Shown one piece after another: positions 47,332 to 55,718 of a stretch of DNA of 64,000 nt (the first letter of the stretch is position 1; every line of letters begins with the position of its first letter). The DNA is taken from the IMG/VR virus record IMGVR_UViG_2974545452_000001, positions 4,622 through 68,621 of that record; one strand, written 5' to 3'. Source of the stretch: a virus (lineage: Duplodnaviria > Caudoviricetes). Below the pieces are notes generated by a model that saw only the letters and a list, made by a program, of their open reading frames with translations, ran no database searches and was not told the DNA's origin. A program made the translations under genes and the position numbers.

Positions 47332-48756
47332 TTACCTGGTTTTATCTTCACTTTCGCCGGTCTGGATGTTGTGGTTGAGAACCCCAATTGCTTCCAACAT
47401 CGCGCCGTACACCGTCAGATCATGAAGGGAGTCTTCATGCTTCAGGCCGCTGTTGGTGAAGCGGGTAAGTTTAACAATCAACAGCTCAAACAGGTGGTAG
47501 AACTTGTGATCAGCGACCGTCCGCAGTGTTACGCCGTCAGGGAATAGAACGGCCATGACTTCGCCGACCTTCGCTGCGTTGTCCTTATAGACGGCATTAC
47601 GCTCACGGAATGTATCTGCCATTTCGGCCAGTACGTCCGCCGCCGTCTTGGGCTTCGGCTCGGCCTTGAGCGGAGCCGTGACGCTGCGGCAATTGAACCC
47701 TGCTGTGCGCGGATCAACGAGTTGGCCGTGAACTGGACATCCACGACTATACTTCAGGCCGTGAGAAGCGCCGCCGGACGTGATATTGAAATACGTTGTT
47801 GGACAGGTGCATTTTACATTACGAACAGGCTCGCCACACAGCACGCTTTCTGGGATGTTCCAAAGTCCAGAAAGGAATGTTGAATTGTCACGGATGATCT
47901 TAGTTAAGTCATCACCTTTCGCCGCGTCGAATCCGATGAACGGCTCTTGCTTGCCGATGTTGATTTTCAAACACTGCTTTTCGTCTTCTTTGACGCGCTC
48001 AATCGCGCGTTTCAGGTTATAGACTTCAGCGCCTGGGAAGTCTGACATCTGCCAAGGGCGTCTATGCACCTTTCCTTCGATTGGATGACTGGAAAACGAC
48101 CAAAGCCAAGCCATTGCCGATTCAGAGGCTCTCACCTCCAAATCCTCTTTGTATTTCTCCCACCAATTGACGAGGCACGCCAATGCCAGATTACCAAATG
48201 GCAATCCCTTGAATGCGCGCACAGAATCCAACATGGATTGCGTGTCCTCAGAATCGATGATTGAATTCCCTGTGAGAACCATGTGGCGACAACGCGCGCT
48301 GCTGCCAAAGAATTTGGCATATGCATTAACAACATCAGGCCGATCATCAAATGTTAATAAATCACAACCTTCGATACCGTGCTCAACGAGAAAATTGTGC
48401 AACTTCTTGGTCTTGAGTTCATCCGACGTCACGCCGAAATCCTCTTTATCACGCATCAACGCGCCGATAATAGAGTTTGATGGCAATTCCAAAGAATCGA
48501 ATTGGAGCAACGTTTGGTTTTCATAAGCGTGCGGCCTTGCGGTATTGATAAGGATTTTCCAACCTTTCCTTACCAAGAACCTGACAAGCGACGCGCCGAA
48601 TGCAAATGGACGGTCATCCACCATCGCTTCGTGATAGCGCTTGTAGCGCTTTTTCAGCGGCAAAGACATATCGATCAGATGTTGGCGATGACGGTCATCG
48701 ATGATGCAGTTGTCCATGTCGAACACAGCGATTTTACAGCCTTTAAGATTTTGCAT
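47332..48756 (-). CDS. HAD phosphatase fused via an insert to an all-alpha NTP-pyrophosphatase-like (DUF6378-like) domain
   Basis: FDMDNC, NTARP, K, FDDR; C-terminal RERNAVY...KLTRF...DSLHDLTVY. Confidence 0.7.
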   Translation of the reverse strand: MQNLKGCKIAVFDMDNCIIDDRHRQHLIDMSLPLKKRYKRYHEAMVDDRPFAFGASLVRFLVRKGWKILINTARPHAYENQTLLQFDSLELPSNSIIGALMRDKEDFGVTSDELKTKKLHNFLVEHGIEGCDLLTFDDRPDVVNAYAKFFGSSARCRHMVLTGNSIIDSEDTQSMLDSVRAFKGLPFGNLALACLVNWWEKYKEDLEVRASESAMAWLWSFSSHPIEGKVHRRPWQMSDFPGAEVYNLKRAIERVKEDEKQCLKINIGKQEPFIGFDAAKGDDLTKIIRDNSTFLSGLWNIPESVLCGEPVRNVKCTCPTTYFNITSGGASHGLKYSRGCPVHGQLVDPRTAGFNCRSVTAPLKAEPKPKTAADVLAEMADTFRERNAVYKDNAAKVGEVMAVLFPDGVTLRTVADHKFYHLFELLIVKLTRFTNSGLKHEDSLHDLTVYGAMLEAIGVLNHNIQTGESEDKTR

Positions 48757-48760
48757 TTAC

Positions 48761-49534
48761 TTATCCTTTTGAGGTGCCGTCTTTGGCTACAGGGTTGTTG
48801 GTGATAGGATTAGCGCTCCAGAATTGAATGCGCAATTCCTCTTGTTCTTTAGTGGTATCCATCCAAGGGCGATACCAAGGGCAATGGGCCTTACCGTGGC
48901 GAGGAAACGCACACTTACCTACGCCGATGCAAGACGGCTGTAAGAGAGGATTTGCCCAGGGATGTACTTCGAGCACCGCCGCGACCATGGCACGGAACAC
49001 GTGTTGGTATTCGCCCTGAGTCCGGGTGCAAAGGCGATTCTTTGCCATCTCAGAAAGCGTCCGCAAGTTGAACTTAGCGGTGATGTGTGTCTGCATATTG
49101 GAAGGCAGAATGGAGCGTGCATCTTGTATTTCCGCCCCAGCCGCGCGGAGTTCCTGATACAAGGCGTCGATGGTCGCCACAGAATCATACCAAAGGTGAT
49201 CAAGTTCAATTTTCCCACCTTTGGAGGCGTCGAACGCCATAGGGATTATAGCGTCGAACGCCGAGGATTCTTGGGCGCGGCTGGTGCGCTCCTGATAAGC
49301 CCCGGTGCGCGTCCGAACCATCTGATGCGTCATATTCTTTGACACTTCGGTGATATCAAAGATATAGTCAACGAAATCAAACGGCGATTTGATCGTGTCA
49401 AGCATGTACAGCCAGTGCTCTTGCTTTTCAGCATCGGTCATTTCTTCAACCGGCTTGCCTTTCATACGGGTGTTTTTCGTCTCCAGAAGTAAGTCCAGAG
49501 CGTCTTGGGTGTAGCGTATTAATTTGACTTGCAT
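48761..49534 (-). CDS. thyX: ThyX-fold flavoprotein with non-canonical active site
   Basis: SPFD, HQMVRTRTGAYQERTSR, ARSILPSNMQT, NLRT, NRLCTRTQGEY. Confidence 0.8.
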   Translation of the reverse strand: MQVKLIRYTQDALDLLLETKNTRMKGKPVEEMTDAEKQEHWLYMLDTIKSPFDFVDYIFDITEVSKNMTHQMVRTRTGAYQERTSRAQESSAFDAIIPMAFDASKGGKIELDHLWYDSVATIDALYQELRAAGAEIQDARSILPSNMQTHITAKFNLRTLSEMAKNRLCTRTQGEYQHVFRAMVAAVLEVHPWANPLLQPSCIGVGKCAFPRHGKAHCPWYRPWMDTTKEQEELRIQFWSANPITNNPVAKDGTSKG

Positions 49535-49539
49535 TTCAC

Positions 49540-49893
49540 CTACTCCAATTCAATGGTGATGCGCATGACACCGGAGCCGTTGATGCTTCGGTCTTGTTTG
49601 CCGCCGACTAATGCCAGAAGCTCCTGAAGCTTTGCCAGGTTCATATAACCAAGGTTGTTGATCTTCGCCGTGTCTTTGCGGCCGACCTCTTCCATGACGA
49701 TGAACTGTGATGCATTCACCGAACTAGGAATGGCAATGATGACGTAGCCTTCAAGGTGCTCTTTATTGATAGGCAACAAAAGCTTACTGAGTAATTCCAT
49801 TCCAACTCTCCTATGGTTGATAAGGTGATTATGGCGCTTAATAGCGCCATCGTCAATAGTTGAGTGGATTATATTATAATTAGATACACGCAT
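49540..49893 (-). CDS. hypothetical protein (117 aa)
   Basis: TGATG-coupled to the flavoprotein gene. Confidence 0.6.
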   Translation of the reverse strand: MRVSNYNIIHSTIDDGAIKRHNHLINHRRVGMELLSKLLLPINKEHLEGYVIIAIPSSVNASQFIVMEEVGRKDTAKINNLGYMNLAKLQELLALVGGKQDRSINGSGVMRITIELE

Positions 49894-50849
49894 CAGAGTT
49901 TGAGTATTTTCTCACGCCCGTAGTTCGATGCATTGATCAGCCGCTCAATCTTCGGAAGGTCATCGGCAACGTCGTCCAACAGGATATTGCGCCAAGTCGC
50001 GAACCGGCCCAGAGAGAATATGTTGTACTTGTTGGTCAGTTGATAGAGGATAGACTCTCTGGACGCGGCATTCAAGTCCATAATCTTGCCATAGGCTTGG
50101 TCAACAATCTCACCGGCTTCAAAGTCAATGTCCTTACCGGACAACCCAAATGCCGCCGCCGCAGATACTGCGTTGTTGTGAGTTTGGAAGGAGTTCATCG
50201 ACTCAACGATCAGGATGTCGCCGGTGATGGATGCTCGGAAAAGGCTGCTGTGTTCATCCGGGAAGTAAATGGTTTGGTACACATCACAAGGCGTCTTAAC
50301 CTTATAACGCGCAACGATGATTGGAGAGCGCTTGAAGCCGGTCATCAGATCACAGTCTTCAATCCCCAACAGCTTCAAGATGACAGGGAGCGGAGCGGTG
50401 TTGATCCAAGATACGTCGCTGCGCTTTACTTCGCTTACGCTCTTGAAATTTCGGCCCTCAATGGCTTGATTGAACCACAACCGGCCTTCACTCTCCAGGC
50501 GGTCACAAAGCACTTCATATAGGTTGTCCGGCGCGATATATCGGTCACACTCTTCCAACTTCATGATGCTGCGGCCAGAGATAGCGCCGGTGACTTTTGC
50601 CGCGTACATGTTAGCCAGAGCGATTGGGCACTTTCCTTGGAAAGTCTTTCCTTGATAGTGGACTTCTTTGTACACGCGAACCTTACGGAATGGAACGCCA
50701 GTGATGTTGGAAACGTCGTCGGAGCGGAAACGAAGAAGGGCCTTGTGCATTTGCTTGCGTGGGCCAGCTTCGAATACATGCGCGCCTTTGAAGTAATGCG
50801 CGGCAATGAGTCCGGCCAATCCGCCGCCGATAATTTTAATGCTGTTCAT
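49893..50849 (-). CDS. FAD-dependent oxidoreductase, UDP-galactopyranose-mutase/HemY-like
   Basis: IIGGGLAGL...VFEA Rossmann fold; INTAPL; IYFPD...LFRAS; C-terminal FSLGRFATWRNILLDDV. Confidence 0.75.
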   Translation of the reverse strand: MNSIKIIGGGLAGLIAAHYFKGAHVFEAGPRKQMHKALLRFRSDDVSNITGVPFRKVRVYKEVHYQGKTFQGKCPIALANMYAAKVTGAISGRSIMKLEECDRYIAPDNLYEVLCDRLESEGRLWFNQAIEGRNFKSVSEVKRSDVSWINTAPLPVILKLLGIEDCDLMTGFKRSPIIVARYKVKTPCDVYQTIYFPDEHSSLFRASITGDILIVESMNSFQTHNNAVSAAAAFGLSGKDIDFEAGEIVDQAYGKIMDLNAASRESILYQLTNKYNIFSLGRFATWRNILLDDVADDLPKIERLINASNYGREKILKL

Positions 50850-50907
50850 TCGAGATCACCGAAATGGTATGGATAATAGGCAAGTCAATTATAGCTGAAT
50901 TTCAGGC

Positions 50908-50938
50908 AAAAAGAAAGGCCCGGTGGGAGACGGGCCTT
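50908..50938 (-). terminator. rho-independent terminator
   Basis: AAGGCCCG-8nt-CGGGCCTT with a minus-strand U-tract. Confidence 0.75.
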
Positions 50939-51035
50939 AAATGCTACACTAAACAACATCCGAATCGTTCACTACGTCACCAGCTGCATCTGGAGAGTCA
51001 GACAATAATAATCGATTCGGGTTGCCCGGTCAACC

Positions 51036-51878
51036 TTATTCGGTTACACCGGCAGCGGCTTTGTCCGCTTCTTCCAGCTCTTTGTCCTGCGCCGGGGCTT
51101 CGACCACGATGAACTCCAGGTGGCCCATTTCTTCCAGCTTGGACAGGAACTGACGCACTGGGTTGCTGTACAGCAGCTCTTTCACCTGCTCGCCGAAAGC
51201 GTTGATCTCAATCGGCTGGCCGACCGGGCAGCTTGCTTTGATCGCTTCGAACACTTTGCCGCGAATCGAGTACGCCTGCGGGGTTGACAGGCCGTTGCCG
51301 GTGTAGATGAAGTGGGTGGCGCGTGGACGACGACCGCCTTCAACTTTGTTCGCTGCTTTACGCTCAGCCAGTGCTTGACGACGCGCTTCAGCTTCGTCTT
51401 TACGAGCTTGTTTGGCGGCTTCAGCGTCGGCCTTTTTCTGGGCGGCTTTGGCGGCGCGGGCCTCGTCTTTTTCTTTCTTGGCCTGCTCTTTCTGAGCGGC
51501 TTTTTCAGCGTCTTTTTTGGCTTTCTCTTCAGCAGCCTTGGCCTGGGCTTCTTCCTTGGCCTTGGCGCGGGCAGCGGCCTTTTCTTCACGCTCTTTCAGG
51601 CGCTTTTCCTGACGCTCTTTGGCGGCAGCTTCAGCTTTTTCAGCGCGCTCTTTGGCTTTGGCTTCGCGCTCCTGCTGGCGCTTTTCGTTTTCAGCGTTGC
51701 GCTTTTCTTCACGCAGGCGGTTGGCTTCAGCGCGCTCCGCTTCTTTCTTTTTGCGGGCTTCTTCGCGCTCAGCTTCTTTCTGCTTACGAGCAGCGGCCAG
51801 ACGGGCTTCTTTCTGCTCTTTGGTTTCCACTTCTTTGGTGGCACCTTTATTCACTTCTTTCTTTGCTTTCTGTTCCAT
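51036..51878 (-). CDS. Lys/Glu/Ala-rich coiled-coil protein with C-terminal winged-helix-like domain
   Basis: About 190 aa of E/K/A/R helix, then a globular RRPRATHF...RQFLSKLEEMGHLEFI domain. Confidence 0.75.
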   Translation of the reverse strand: MEQKAKKEVNKGATKEVETKEQKEARLAAARKQKEAEREEARKKKEAERAEANRLREEKRNAENEKRQQEREAKAKERAEKAEAAAKERQEKRLKEREEKAAARAKAKEEAQAKAAEEKAKKDAEKAAQKEQAKKEKDEARAAKAAQKKADAEAAKQARKDEAEARRQALAERKAANKVEGGRRPRATHFIYTGNGLSTPQAYSIRGKVFEAIKASCPVGQPIEINAFGEQVKELLYSNPVRQFLSKLEEMGHLEFIVVEAPAQDKELEEADKAAAGVTE

Positions 51879-51935
51879 GAGACTCTCCAGTTACGTTCAT
51901 ATTTAAGTTTGGGGCTGTTCCCCTTGGTGAAAATA

Positions 51936-51964
51936 ATTATCTCGTCAGCCACGAAATAAGGCAA
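51936..51964 (-). promoter_or_regulatory. sigma70-like promoter with palindrome
   Basis: TTGCCT-17-GATAAT; TTATcTCGT-5nt-ACGAaATAA. Confidence 0.65.
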
Positions 51965-52041
51965 GTATTTTATTTGGGGAATTCGAAATTATTTCTCCAT
52001 TTGGAGTTCCCCAAACCGTAAATATAAGTAAATGTGTTACG

Positions 52042-53193
52042 TTAGTCCTTCCTGAAGAACATAAGATTCTTGGCCGCGCGGGTGATACCGGTATACATCA
52101 GCTTGTTGTAAGGCGTTCCCGGCAGCGTTTCCTCCATCAGCAATACGTTGTCCCACTCGCTTCCTTGCGACTTATGGATTGTCAGCGCATACCCAAAATC
52201 GAAACCGCCTTTGTACTTCTGGAACATTGGTCGCATTTCAGGCTCAGGGTGATTAAAGCAAAGAGGATTAAAGAAAGCCTTGAGTTCACGCCCGTCAGTT
52301 AATGAACGCAAAACAATGAATTGTAAATCTTCATTCTCCTGCTTGGCGGCCTCTTCCAAGCTTAAATCTTCATAGCCAAGGACAATCCCTTGCTCGCCAT
52401 TAAAGAAGCCCGGCCCATGCTGATTGAATGTACAAATGACTTTCTCGCCGATATTCGGCATCAAGCCTGAATGACCGGTTGCGACGCGCGCACGTGTGTT
52501 CAGATAATTGCGGGTGCTGTTATAGGCGCATAGCATCACCGAATCCTCGCCGCAATGATTCAACACATCGCGCTGAGTCGGGCGGCCAATGCGCACCTTA
52601 ACATCGTCGTATTCGCGAACCGGCAAGCGCCCACCCTTGCGAACAAAGAACGAAGCCCGAATGATGTTGGATTGTTCGCCCTGGCGCATGATCTGTTCCA
52701 GCAAGGAATCCTGCGTTCCTTCCGAGAAGTAGGCGCGGCCTTTAACCGGATCAACCTGGCCGACGTCACCAAGCGCCAACAATGGAATGTTCAACGCAAG
52801 AAGGTTGTTGACGTCCCATTCACTAACCATGCAGGCCTCGTCAAGGACGATAAGCAGTGGACGTACATCAAGCGTGCCTTTCGGCGTGAAGATTGGCTCT
52901 TCATCAGCATTCTCGCCAACGACGCGATAAAGAAACGAATGGAGGGTTGTTGCGTTAGGCGCTCCCTTGAGGCGCAGGCGGCTCGCAGCCTTACCCGTTG
53001 GGGCGATGAATACAACGCGGTCGCCTGCACACAGCGTAGCCACGAGCTTTGCCACCGTCGTCTTACCCGTACCGGCGAACCCGGAAAGGAAGTGCTTTTT
53101 AGTCCGGTGGCGGCCATCACGAAACCCCTTGTACCACGCCACGGCCTTTTTGACTGCCGCGTCTTGTTCTCCATTGAGAATTAATTCACTCAC
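52042..53193 (-). CDS. RecD/Dda-like SF1 helicase
   Basis: GFAGTGKTT, APTGKAA, LDEA, LGDVGQ, YALTIHKSQGSEW, YTGITRA. Confidence 0.92.
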   Translation of the reverse strand: MSELILNGEQDAAVKKAVAWYKGFRDGRHRTKKHFLSGFAGTGKTTVAKLVATLCAGDRVVFIAPTGKAASRLRLKGAPNATTLHSFLYRVVGENADEEPIFTPKGTLDVRPLLIVLDEACMVSEWDVNNLLALNIPLLALGDVGQVDPVKGRAYFSEGTQDSLLEQIMRQGEQSNIIRASFFVRKGGRLPVREYDDVKVRIGRPTQRDVLNHCGEDSVMLCAYNSTRNYLNTRARVATGHSGLMPNIGEKVICTFNQHGPGFFNGEQGIVLGYEDLSLEEAAKQENEDLQFIVLRSLTDGRELKAFFNPLCFNHPEPEMRPMFQKYKGGFDFGYALTIHKSQGSEWDNVLLMEETLPGTPYNKLMYTGITRAAKNLMFFRKD

Positions 53194-53414
53194 TTGCCCT
53201 CCTTAATGGGGATCAAGTTATCCAGATCAAGATAAATCGGCTTGAAGCAATCGAATGGATCAACGATTTCGCCGTCCACCGTATTGAATTCAAGGTTGTG
53301 CTCGCCAATCCAACAATTGGTTTCGCGATCATACCGAACTTTAATGTCATAGCAAAACGGCAGGTTGATAATCCTACAGTCTCTGACCACGCCAAGGTGA
53401 GTGTAGCTACTCAT
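53190..53414 (-). CDS. hypothetical protein (one repeat module)
   Basis: ATG 53414; W..E..LEFNTVDGE...IYLDL. Confidence 0.6.
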   Translation of the reverse strand: MSSYTHLGVVRDCRIINLPFCYDIKVRYDRETNCWIGEHNLEFNTVDGEIVDPFDCFKPIYLDLDNLIPIKEGK

Positions 53415-53871
53415 AGATGAGGCGCCAAGGTGTTGCGGTTTTGACGTCAATCCATATCGTTGCATCATCAAAGCACTCTCCAGTTTTCTTATTGAATCGG
53501 CGGCCATACATGTCAACGGCCCATCGACTATTTACGCGCACGTGAATCTCTCTGGATACAATGCGGTGATTGGCGGCCTTATAGCATAGCATTACATTAT
53601 GCGTGAACTTGTGAAGCTTGTACGCGCCCGGCAACCCAGGATCAGGGAAAAGCGTCAACGTTCTAAGGTCAATCTTTGGTCGCTGATCTTCATCATCGTG
53701 CGCGGTGATGCCGACCTGAATGCCAGTATTGATATCATACACAACGCGCTGACTATCGATGAAGTGCAGTCGCGTCTTTCTTAGCAGTACCGTCCACTTA
53801 AAGTCAAATGGATATATGTTCTTTTTGAACTGCTTCACCTTCGCAGTGAATAGTTCATCATATTTCTTCAT
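53407..53871 (-). CDS. hypothetical protein (two repeat modules)
   Basis: GAGGA RBS; internal duplication. Confidence 0.7.
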   Translation of the reverse strand: MKKYDELFTAKVKQFKKNIYPFDFKWTVLLRKTRLHFIDSQRVVYDINTGIQVGITAHDDEDQRPKIDLRTLTLFPDPGLPGAYKLHKFTHNVMLCYKAANHRIVSREIHVRVNSRWAVDMYGRRFNKKTGECFDDATIWIDVKTATPWRLIYE

Positions 53872-53963
53872 CGTCCATCCTCAATAGGGTTTCGCTAATC
53901 CACCAGATGAGATTATAATAGCTGCCGTCAACTAACGAAAGCAACTAACGCCGTGGAGAATAT

Positions 53964-54161
53964 ATGAAAGACCAACTGAACACTAACGTCAAGCCAATGG
54001 CCTATTGGATTCGCTGGGCGCTTGGGAGCGGTGCATATCTGGACGAAATCTTTTGGCGCAACATGAAGGTCGTCCGTGCGGCGATCAGCGAAGTAACGAA
54101 AGCTACCGCTGCGGTGGATGAGGCAATCAAACCTAAGAAGGCGCGCAAGAATGCCAACTAA
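53964..54161 (+). CDS. hypothetical protein (65 aa)
   Basis: GGAGA RBS; first gene of the rightward block. Confidence 0.65.
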   Translation: MKDQLNTNVKPMAYWIRWALGSGAYLDEIFWRNMKVVRAAISEVTKATAAVDEAIKPKKARKNAN

Positions 54162-54375
54162 CATAAAGGCAACCGGGAAGTTCACAATACCGATTGTCAT
54201 TCACAAGCTGCGCCCAGGCGGAAAGAGCTATAATACAACGGCAAGAGAAACCGCCAAATATCTAGTGTCTGCGGATGGAATTCGCTTCCACAAGAAAAAC
54301 GGCTTGCAGGTCGGTGATTGGCCTGCAGCGCAATTCGAATACAGGAACAGTGATGAACAACAGAGAGTGGACTGA
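54151..54375 (+). CDS. hypothetical protein (74 aa)
   Basis: ATG 54151 overlapping the previous stop. Confidence 0.55.
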   Translation: MPTNIKATGKFTIPIVIHKLRPGGKSYNTTARETAKYLVSADGIRFHKKNGLQVGDWPAAQFEYRNSDEQQRVD

Positions 54376-55423
54376 ACAAGCCGCGCAATTCCTTGATGAA
54401 CTCGCAAGAGGGCTTCCAGAGGATGAGCGCTTGATGGTCGGCTACGCTGAAGAGGCAACCGTGCAGCTGGACGCCAATGGCAAGAAGGTGAACGGCGGTT
54501 GGTGGCCAAAACCTCATCGCAGCGGCAAGCCGATTGACATCTACAAGAACTGCTACATTTGCATTTCTTCCTCTATTAAGACGCCTAACCCGAAAACGGG
54601 TGAGATGCGTTACTGGCGCGGTGAAACGTCGTTCGGTCACGGCGTCGCGTTGATGGTGGATGACATCGGCAGCGGTAAAGGCTCCAAAGGCGACTTCACG
54701 CTTGAGCAATTCCTTTCCATCGCCGAGCCTACTGCAGTTGTTGAAACGTCTCCGGGTAACTTCCAGCTGTTCTACTTCATGGAAGAGCCTGTGGCCGATA
54801 TGCTTTACTTCAAAGCATTTCTCAACTGCTTCGTGGCTAACGTGCTCAAGAAGGGCGGCGACAACACCATCAAGGACATCGCCCGGTTCGGTCGCATGCC
54901 GTGCGGCATCAACAACAAGCGCGGGAAGGACAACGAATTTAAGTACATCGTTGACGGCAAGCCCTGGAAGGTAAGGCTGGAGCGCTCAAACTATAGTGTT
55001 CGCTATACGCCAGAAGAGTTGGCGGCCAGGTTCGGATTCTCCATCGTGTTGCCGCAGCGTCGTGAAATCCCTCTTGTGGCTGAAGAGTACAAATATGACG
55101 CCATTTGGATTAAGATGGCAGAGCGTATCTTGGCAAAGGCGCGCGCAGGTGAAGGGGCTGGCGGTGAGGTTGTCATGAACATGTCCGGTAAGTTCCGTAT
55201 CCGTTGTCCTTGGGGCGATGAGCACGCCAACGGCGACCCATACGGCGCTTACTTCCGTGGCCCTATCCCAGGCGCTGAACACAGCTTCGTATTCGGCTGC
55301 GGCCACGACTCCTGCCGCAAGGCGGGGCGAACTTGGTCGCCATTCATCGACGAAATCGTGATGCCTTATATTGAGGCAGAGCTGGAAGCGGCAAACCGTT
55401 GGGGGTTAACTTGGAAGATGTAA
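54353..55423 (+). CDS. RepB-like DNA primase with C-terminal Cys/His motif
   Basis: LMVDDI, VETSPGNFQLFY, RFGRMPCGINNK; CPW..EH...CGHDSC. Confidence 0.85.
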   Translation: MNNREWTEQAAQFLDELARGLPEDERLMVGYAEEATVQLDANGKKVNGGWWPKPHRSGKPIDIYKNCYICISSSIKTPNPKTGEMRYWRGETSFGHGVALMVDDIGSGKGSKGDFTLEQFLSIAEPTAVVETSPGNFQLFYFMEEPVADMLYFKAFLNCFVANVLKKGGDNTIKDIARFGRMPCGINNKRGKDNEFKYIVDGKPWKVRLERSNYSVRYTPEELAARFGFSIVLPQRREIPLVAEEYKYDAIWIKMAERILAKARAGEGAGGEVVMNMSGKFRIRCPWGDEHANGDPYGAYFRGPIPGAEHSFVFGCGHDSCRKAGRTWSPFIDEIVMPYIEAELEAANRWGLTWKM

Positions 55424-55644
55424 ATCTTAATGTAAGAGCGTTGATGGAAGAGTTGTCATCTGCGCGACGAGTGATCACGACGATGCGAATGTTGGATAAA
55501 GCGCTAGCGTTGAAAAGCAAGGGTGTTCTTCCATACCCAATCGACTTCTATTCTGCAGAAGAGCCTATGACTGCAAAAGAATCGATGTTGCGTGGACGCC
55601 CAGACTTGCTGAAGGAGACTTGGAGACGAAAGAACAAAAGATAG
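55399..55644 (+). CDS. hypothetical protein
   Basis: 81 aa ORF; start uncertain. Confidence 0.45.
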   Translation: MGVNLEDVNLNVRALMEELSSARRVITTMRMLDKALALKSKGVLPYPIDFYSAEEPMTAKESMLRGRPDLLKETWRRKNKR

Positions 55645-55718
55645 TTCACTAACTAGTTGCCTATAAACTGATAAGGGATTATGATACTTTCATAGTCCCT
55701 TATTTATTTGAGGATACA

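Noticed and set aside
51036-51878. TolA or tail-assembly annotation for the K/E/A-rich protein
   Set aside because: Low-complexity similarity only; no TM anchor and not in the tail operon
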